Below, one piece after another: positions 57,999 to 64,000 of a stretch of 64,000 nucleotides of DNA (its first letter is position 1; every line of letters begins with the position of its first letter). The notes under the pieces are model-generated. The model was given only the letters and a program-made list of their open reading frames with translations. It made no database searches and was not told where the DNA came from. The position numbers and the translations under genes are program-made. The stretch is from NCBI GenBank assembly GCA_963713825.1, contig CAVQNG010000025.1:192001-256000 (forward strand). The letters are read 5' to 3'. The stretch is from an uncultured Acidobacteriota bacterium. Lineage in GTDB: Bacteria > Acidobacteriota > Thermoanaerobaculia > Multivoradales > JAHEKO01.

Positions 57999-58496
57999 AT
58001 GCCTGTTTCCTCAGAGGACTATCGAGACGCACTGCGGCACTTCCCGTCTGGAGTCACCATCGTCACCATCAAAGCTGGTGAGGAAGTCCACGGACTGACG
58101 GTCTCGGCCTTTGCGTCCGTCTCTCCCGACCCGCCCCTGATCGGGGTGATGATCGACCATCGCCACCATGCCTACGCGTTGTTGGAGGAAGAGGGCGCGG
58201 TGTTCGCGGTCAATATGCTGCGGGAGGATCAAATCGAGATGTCCAATCGCTTTGCCTGGGTCAAGGACGAGGACCGATTTGCCGCGGGCGCCTGGCAGAA
58301 GGCGGCGACGGGAGCGCCGATCCTGGCGGACGCGCTGGCCTGGCTCGATTGCACAATCCACGGCAGGCGCCCTGCCGGAACGCATACCATCTATCTCGGT
58401 GAGGTGCAGGCGAGTAGTGTGCCGGAGCCCGACGCCAAGCCACTCGTCTACTGGAATCGTGGCTATCGGACGATTCACCAACACGAGGGAGAGTAG
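57999..58496 (+). CDS. Flavin reductase-like protein
   Basis: YRDALRHFPSGVTIVT, GLTVSAFASVS.DPP, FAVNML, GAPIL, GTHTIYLGEV, PLVY. Confidence 0.92.
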   Translation: MPVSSEDYRDALRHFPSGVTIVTIKAGEEVHGLTVSAFASVSPDPPLIGVMIDHRHHAYALLEEEGAVFAVNMLREDQIEMSNRFAWVKDEDRFAAGAWQKAATGAPILADALAWLDCTIHGRRPAGTHTIYLGEVQASSVPEPDAKPLVYWNRGYRTIHQHEGE

Positions 58497-58556
58497 GTCG
58501 GAATCCCGATCGAGGGTTCGGATCCTGTTTCAGGCACCGATCTTGAATGGAAGAGT

Positions 58557-61500
58557 GTGGGTAGCTGGCCTGGGAACCGTAACCCTGCCGCCGACAATGA
58601 GGTCTCAAGTTTGAGCTCTTGCAACAAACCGGGTGAAATATGCCCTGCCGCCGAGAGGCGAAGCTGGGTTCGATACGCACTGCCACTTGCCGTTATGGCA
58701 TGGCTGGTCCTTCCATGGGTGCCTTCAGGTGGAGCTCAGGCGACGGCTGCCATGACCTCGGAGCCATTCGAGATCGAGCTGGAGGCCCTGGACCCGGCAG
58801 GCGAGGTCGTCACAGACCAGGTTGTCGGCCGTGTCGATGCTCTCGTCGATGGCCAGGTCGTGCCCATCTCTCGAGTTGGAGAGACCGGCGATGAATGGCG
58901 AGTGGTGCTGTTGTTCGATCAAGTCCTGACCCGACCCCTGGACTTTGGCAACGCGGCGCTGCAGCTGGCCGAACGCTCCCGGGAGCTGACTCGGTTGGGG
59001 CCCGTCGAAATCATCTTGGCTGGCCGCGAAATGAGGACAGCCCTGCCAGCCACTCGCGATCCAGATGTCCTCGAGCAGGCTCTCCATTGGATCCGGCTGC
59101 GCGAAGAGTCCGACGATCTCCAAGAGGAGCTGCGATGGAGCCTTCTGGAAGACCTGGGCATCGTCAGCGAGGACGGGGATGAAGAGGCCGCAGCTGCAGG
59201 AGTCCGCAGCGAACCGGAGGCAGCAGAGGCCCGGGTTCAGATGGCGCTCCGGGATGAGAGGCAGCTGTTGCGGGAGCATCACGAGCAGTTGCTGCTGTGG
59301 GTCAGTGAAGAGACCGCGCCGGGGCCGAAGGCGATCATCATGGTGGCCAGCGGATATGACCCCAACCCTGACGACTTCTATCGATCGCTCCTGGTGCGTG
59401 AATACGGTGAGCCGACCGCCGCTCGACTGAACCCGGTAGCGGAACGCCCTTCGGCGTCCGAAGTGGCTCAGACATTTGCTGTCTATGGCTGGCTGGCGCT
59501 GCCCTACGTTCCCGATCAACGGTCCAACGAGCTCCTAGAGCCCGAAGAGGGGACTCCTCCGGAGGAGGAAGGAGCGACCAAGGTCGACGTGGTCATGCAG
59601 GATGGCCGCATCGTGGACAAGACGACCATCGGGGTCGATCCACTCAAGTGGCTCAAGGAGCGCCGGGAAAGGGCTCAAAAAGAGGCGGCTGGACCGCCCC
59701 TGATCTTGGACCCGGCCGCACCGCTACAGGCCCTGGTCGAGGCCACCGGCGGAGAGCTGATTCGAGGTAAGTTTCAGCTTTCGGATCTGATTGAGCGCCT
59801 GCCGAAACGCCAACGGTTGGCCCTCGACACAAGCGCCGTCGAAGCCTCCGATCAACAACTTCTGGAGGTTCGACTGGTCACCAGCGGTAGCGACTCGGAG
59901 CCGGCCCTCCGCTATCGGAGATGGCTCTCTGAAGTGACGCCAGAGATAGTGTCACGGACCCGCGCCGAGCGCATTCTCCAAAACGAACTGGAAGAGGGAG
60001 AGCTTCCTGTGGTGGCTGCAGTGCAGCCGAGCGAGGACGGCCAGAGTGCTCGATTGGTGATCCAGAAGGATGTCTATGGCACGGACGATGAAGTCGAATT
60101 CTCTCCTTTGCGGGTTACAGTGGCCGTTTCGAGAGTGGACGAGCGTCCCGAGATCTTCCACGAGGAGCACCAGGGCTGGGAGAGCTTCGGTGACGGCGAG
60201 GAGATGGAGGAATCCGGCCTCGAGGTCGGTCTCGACCGCCAACCGGACGGGCCGGTTGTCGTGCTGGTCGAGGAGTTGGAAACCGGTGCCTGGGGGGCCA
60301 CTTTCGCGTCCTATGTGGAACCTGGAGCCACGATTTCTGTCGCCGAAAGCCTCGATTCGTTGGTCTTGCCCGCTCCCCAGGTGATTCACCTCATGGCGCC
60401 ACGGCAGGGGTTCGCCATGGGCCGTACGGTGATGGAGACCGTCGTTTCGCACAGAGAGGTAGCGTCGGTGGAGTTTCTTCTCGACGGGGAGAGCAAGGTG
60501 GTTCGAGACGCTCCGCCTTTCAGCGCCAGCCTCGACCTCGGACCGCTTCCCCAACCGCGGCGTGTCACGGTCGTAGCACGGGACAGCTCTGGGGCAGAGT
60601 TGGGACGTGACTATCTGGTGGTCAATGAGGGCTCAGGCGTCTTTGGGGTGCGTATCGTCAAGCCCCGACCCGGTGTAGAAGGCGAGCCCGAGCGGCGTTA
60701 TGCCGGGCCGATCGACGTCCATGCCGAGGTGGAGCCACGCCGGGGCCAGGGAATCGACCGAGTCGAGTTCTACTGGGAAGACACGCTGGCGGCGACCCGC
60801 TACGCCCCACCCTTCCGGCAGAGAATCGTCGTGCCTCCGGAGGCGCCCCGAGGTTTCATTCGAGTGGTGGCCTATCTGGAAGATGGCAACAGCTCCGAAG
60901 ACGTGGTCTTCCTCAACAGTCCCGGCTCGAGCGAAAAGCTCCAGGTCAACTTGATGGAGCTCTATGTAGTCGTGACGGATCGCAAGGGCAGGCCGGTGCG
61001 GGAGCTACCCCAGGAGAGATTCCGAGTTTTGGAGGATGGTGTGGCCCAGGAGATCGGAACCTTCAATGACGCCGGTGATTTGCCTTTGACAGTGGGTCTC
61101 GCCATTGACAGCTCGGCTTCGATGTTCGTCAAGCTGCCGGAAGTCCGGTTCGCTGCAGCGGAGTTCCTGCGCGGTCTGGCGACGCGGCGGGATCGAGCCT
61201 TCGTCGTGGGCTTCGGAACGGAGCCGCGCTTGACCCGCAATACGACATCGGATCTGCCGGAAGTCATCAGCTCACTCGACGTCCTGCAACCGGACGGGCA
61301 GACTGGGATCTGGAAGGCCGTCGTCTATTCCCTCGTGCAGCTGCAAGGAGTGCCGGGGAAGAAAGCCCTCATCGTATACACCGATGGTGCCGACGAGGAC
61401 CCCGACTTCGCCTACCGTACAGCATTGCGATTCGCCCGCAAGGTTGGCGTGCCGATTTACGTGATTCTCTCCAACAACGAGATCAATCGCACCAAGGGCA

Positions 61501-61751
61501 AGGGCCTGAGCGTGAGGGGTTTCCTGGAGCGTCTCGAGACTTTGACTACCTCGGTCGGTGGAAAGGTCTTCTTTGCTCGAGTGGGTGAGGACCTGCAGAA
61601 CGTCTATGCCGAGATCGACGAGGAGCTGCGCAGCCAGTATCTCGTGGGCTACTACTCGGAGTACACGGGAGGGGAGGAATGGCGGCAGATCGAGGTTGGA
61701 GTCGAAGGTGGGGGTTTGAACGCACGAACGATTGCAGGGTACTACCGGTGA
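58557..61751 (+). CDS. Large secreted VWA domain protein with Ig-like domains (Acidobacterial VWFA-related)
   Basis: Signal-like segment; Ig-like VEFLLDG..PPF and VEFYWED..PPF repeats; LYVVVTDRKGRPV..L; MIDAS DSSASM; YTDGAD; ELRSQYLVGY; start uncertain (58557-58695). Confidence 0.82.
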   Translation: MGSWPGNRNPAADNEVSSLSSCNKPGEICPAAERRSWVRYALPLAVMAWLVLPWVPSGGAQATAAMTSEPFEIELEALDPAGEVVTDQVVGRVDALVDGQVVPISRVGETGDEWRVVLLFDQVLTRPLDFGNAALQLAERSRELTRLGPVEIILAGREMRTALPATRDPDVLEQALHWIRLREESDDLQEELRWSLLEDLGIVSEDGDEEAAAAGVRSEPEAAEARVQMALRDERQLLREHHEQLLLWVSEETAPGPKAIIMVASGYDPNPDDFYRSLLVREYGEPTAARLNPVAERPSASEVAQTFAVYGWLALPYVPDQRSNELLEPEEGTPPEEEGATKVDVVMQDGRIVDKTTIGVDPLKWLKERRERAQKEAAGPPLILDPAAPLQALVEATGGELIRGKFQLSDLIERLPKRQRLALDTSAVEASDQQLLEVRLVTSGSDSEPALRYRRWLSEVTPEIVSRTRAERILQNELEEGELPVVAAVQPSEDGQSARLVIQKDVYGTDDEVEFSPLRVTVAVSRVDERPEIFHEEHQGWESFGDGEEMEESGLEVGLDRQPDGPVVVLVEELETGAWGATFASYVEPGATISVAESLDSLVLPAPQVIHLMAPRQGFAMGRTVMETVVSHREVASVEFLLDGESKVVRDAPPFSASLDLGPLPQPRRVTVVARDSSGAELGRDYLVVNEGSGVFGVRIVKPRPGVEGEPERRYAGPIDVHAEVEPRRGQGIDRVEFYWEDTLAATRYAPPFRQRIVVPPEAPRGFIRVVAYLEDGNSSEDVVFLNSPGSSEKLQVNLMELYVVVTDRKGRPVRELPQERFRVLEDGVAQEIGTFNDAGDLPLTVGLAIDSSASMFVKLPEVRFAAAEFLRGLATRRDRAFVVGFGTEPRLTRNTTSDLPEVISSLDVLQPDGQTGIWKAVVYSLVQLQGVPGKKALIVYTDGADEDPDFAYRTALRFARKVGVPIYVILSNNEINRTKGKGLSVRGFLERLETLTTSVGGKVFFARVGEDLQNVYAEIDEELRSQYLVGYYSEYTGGEEWRQIEVGVEGGGLNARTIAGYYR

Positions 61752-61761
61752 GGCCAGCCCT

Positions 61762-62298
61762 ATGTCCTTCCTGAAGATACTTGGTTTGGGCGCCGACGAA
61801 GAGTCCCGCGAGAGCGGCAACACCGCCACTGTCCGCAAGATCGTTGCCGAGTTGGAAACGATGGACTCCGACAAAGCGCGCTACGTGGCCGCTTTTGCCT
61901 ACATCCTCGGCCGGGTGGCGCACGCCGACCTGGACATCAGTGAGGCGGAGACCCACAAGATGGAAGAGGTCATTTGCCAGCTGGGGCACCTGCCTGAAGA
62001 GCAGGCTGTTCTGGTAGTGCAGATCGCCAAGAGTCAGAATCGCCTCTTCGGGCACACGGAGAATTTCCTCGTCACCCGCGAGTTCGTCCAGGTATCGACA
62101 CAGGAGCAACGGCAGAAGCTTCTCGACTGTCTCTTCGCGGTATCTGCCGCCGACGAGTCGATCACCTCGGCAGAGGAGGCGCAAATCCGCCAGATTGCCA
62201 GCGAGCTGGGCTTCAGTCACCGGCAATTCGTCGAGGCCCGCAAGGTGTACTCCCAGCACAGAGAAGTGCTGAAGCCGTTGCAGGACCCCCCTTCCTGA
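61762..62298 (+). CDS. TerB-family protein
   Basis: LGRVAHADLDISEAE, LLDCLFAVSAADESITSAEEAQIRQIASELG. Confidence 0.85.
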   Translation: MSFLKILGLGADEESRESGNTATVRKIVAELETMDSDKARYVAAFAYILGRVAHADLDISEAETHKMEEVICQLGHLPEEQAVLVVQIAKSQNRLFGHTENFLVTREFVQVSTQEQRQKLLDCLFAVSAADESITSAEEAQIRQIASELGFSHRQFVEARKVYSQHREVLKPLQDPPS

Positions 62299-62328
62299 TC
62301 TGGTCTTGGCCCGCGGGGTGAGGATCGA

Positions 62329-63312
62329 TCAGTGAGCCTTGATCGAGGCGCGCTCGCTGGTGGATTCGACCTGCTGCGATTCGGAGTCTGGGCTGACCAG
62401 CTCTGTCCTCCCTCTTCTCCATCGACGGTGCGCCCAGAGCCACAGCTCTGGCCACTCTCGAATCGCTTCTTCGATCGACCGCAGGTAGTTCCTCGTCAGT
62501 TGGTCCACCGCTTCTTCACCGTTGGATTCTGGGAAGATCGGTGGGCGGTAGACGATTCGGCAGCGCTTCCAACCCTCCAGCGGGATTCCGAAGACAGGAA
62601 CCACCGGCGCGCCCGTGCGCAGAGATAGTCGAGCCATCAGAGGTGTCGTATAGGCTGGGTGGCCGAAGAAATCGTACGCCTTGCCTTCGTTCGGATGAAC
62701 TCGCTGATCGATGAGGAGGCCCGTCACGCCGCCCGATCGGAGGGTGCGAATCAGCTGGCGCGCCGCGCCGCGCTTGGCGATCGTCCGATTCCCAAAACGC
62801 TCTCGAATGCGGCGGATCTCCCTCTCTAGGTATGGGTTGTCAAGAGGCCGAGCGACAAAGGAAACGGGCTTTCCCCGCAGCACGGGAGCCTGTGCGAGAG
62901 CCTCCCAGTTGCCGAAATGGGCGGTCATCAGCAAGACACCTTTGCCGGCTTGCTCGGCTTTCTCGAAGTTCTCCCAACCTTCGAAATCGAGACGTGCCAG
63001 GTAGCTTTCGCGGTCGAGGTCCGCCGAAGTGGCGAGGTCGACTGCCGCTGCTCCAATGTTCTCGAAAGACTCCTTGGCAATGCGCTTGCGGTCGGCAGTG
63101 GGTCGTTCCGGAAGGGCGAGCTCGAGGTTCTGCTGCGCCACCCGTCGATGTCGGACGTCTAGAAGGTAGCCGAACCGACCGCCCCATCGTCCGAGGTTCA
63201 ACCGCACCGACTCGGGCAGCACGTTCATCAGGGTCTTGGCTCCCCTGTAGACACCCAACTCCAGCTTGTAGCGGAGAGGGTGCTCCTTCGGTCGCTTGCG
63301 TCGGTTCGTCAT
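62329..63312 (-). CDS. Lipid A biosynthesis acyltransferase (LpxL/HtrB family)
   Basis: NLELALPE, GKGVLLMTAHFGNWE, LLIDQ, FFG, PELWLWAHRRW. Confidence 0.88.
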   Translation of the reverse strand: MTNRRKRPKEHPLRYKLELGVYRGAKTLMNVLPESVRLNLGRWGGRFGYLLDVRHRRVAQQNLELALPERPTADRKRIAKESFENIGAAAVDLATSADLDRESYLARLDFEGWENFEKAEQAGKGVLLMTAHFGNWEALAQAPVLRGKPVSFVARPLDNPYLEREIRRIRERFGNRTIAKRGAARQLIRTLRSGGVTGLLIDQRVHPNEGKAYDFFGHPAYTTPLMARLSLRTGAPVVPVFGIPLEGWKRCRIVYRPPIFPESNGEEAVDQLTRNYLRSIEEAIREWPELWLWAHRRWRRGRTELVSPDSESQQVESTSERASIKAH

Positions 63313-63404
63313 GGCGTCGATGTGACAGTTGTGTCGTTGTCGAGCCCCTAGCCCGGGGACCGGAGAAACTCGACTTGTCCCCAGCCTGTTGTCCTCAGGA
63401 TAGG

Positions 63405-63440
63405 AAAAAGCCGCCGCCTGCCGTCAGGCAGGTGCGGCTT
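63405..63440 (-). terminator. Rho-independent terminator downstream of the FAD-subunit gene
   Basis: Minus strand AAGCCGCACCTGCC-TGAC-GGCAGGCGGCGGCTTTTT: GC stem plus U-run. Confidence 0.7.
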
Positions 63441-63477
63441 GAGGATTATAACCGTGGACTCTGGTTGGATCGAACCC

Positions 63478-63999
63478 CTAGAGTGCGACCAAGCTCTCCA
63501 TGAGCGCGCCCTTTGCCAAGAGAACTTTGTAGGCGTTCTGTTCCAGGGGCTGGGCTCCGGCGACCGCGGCTGCAGCGACAGCCGCCGCCACAGAGGGAGT
63601 TGGTTCCTTGCCAATCAGAGCCGCCTCGGCAGCTGCCGATCGCCAGGGAGCGGGAGCCACGCCTCCGAGGACCACCCTGGCCTCGGCTACGGTCGAACCG
63701 CTCAATCGAACGGCGAGGGCAACACTGACGAGGGCGAAGTCCCAAGCTCCGCGCTCTCGAATCTTGCGATAGGAGCTCTTGACCCCGCTTGCCGCTGGGA
63801 GGACTACTTCGGTAACGATCTCGCCTTGCTGCAGTACGTTCTCCCGTTCCAGGTCCTGATCTGGCAGGACGAAAAAATCCTCCAGGGCCATCGAGCGCTC
63901 TCCACGAGCTCCCGATATGCGGACTTCTCCTCCCAGGGCAACCAGCATCGGTGCCATATCAGACGGGTGGACGATGTAACAGGGATCGCCACCGAAAAT
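63478..63999 (-). CDS. Xanthine dehydrogenase-family FAD-binding subunit (YagS/PaoB-like), C-terminal part, truncated by window edge
   Basis: CYIVHPSDMAPML, YRKIRERGAWDFALVSVA, ARVVLGGVAPAPWR, PLEQNAYKV. Confidence 0.88.
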   Translation of the reverse strand: MFGGDPCYIVHPSDMAPMLVALGGEVRISGARGERSMALEDFFVLPDQDLERENVLQQGEIVTEVVLPAASGVKSSYRKIRERGAWDFALVSVALAVRLSGSTVAEARVVLGGVAPAPWRSAAAEAALIGKEPTPSVAAAVAAAAVAGAQPLEQNAYKVLLAKGALMESLVAL

Positions 64000-64000
64000 C

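Noticed and set aside
1-64000. CRISPR arrays, tRNA/rRNA, IS elements, prophage or defence genes
   Set aside because: No spaced direct repeats, cloverleaf or rRNA signatures, transposase, integrase or phage motifs seen by eye. A tRNAscan/Infernal run would be needed to exclude small RNAs.

Overview
GC-rich, gene-dense bacterial chromosomal window. It probably comes from a free-living diderm of the Acidobacteriota, inferred from Ig/VWA proteins, Hanks kinase-TolB_N-TPR receptors, tricorn and M14 peptidases and a lipid A acyltransferase. I found no tRNA, rRNA, CRISPR array or transposase. Two loci stand out. (1) 11.9-27.0 kb: a hopanoid superoperon (shc, hpnH, hpnA, hpnG and a secreted NPP/AlkP enzyme) joined to an archaea-like isoprenoid cassette (type-I prenyl synthase, IDI-2, class I HMG-CoA reductase, mevalonate kinase, MvaD-family decarboxylase, isopentenyl phosphate kinase and a single-enzyme squalene synthase). 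There is no phosphomevalonate kinase, which points to the haloarchaea/Roseiflexus-type alternative mevalonate route. The MEP-pathway gene ispG lies at 56.7 kb. (2) 38.9-51.7 kb: a co-directional cluster in which two tandem NTT/TLC-family nucleotide (ATP/ADP) translocase-HEAT proteins and a stand-alone cNMP-binding protein are flanked by three signal-peptide-bearing PI4K-II/Fam20-like kinases. A fourth paralog lies at 28.7 kb and a DUF2252 kinase-fold lipoprotein at 36.1 kb. I infer a candidate system for exporting ATP to periplasmic kinases. All family assignments come from motifs read by eye; no searches were run.
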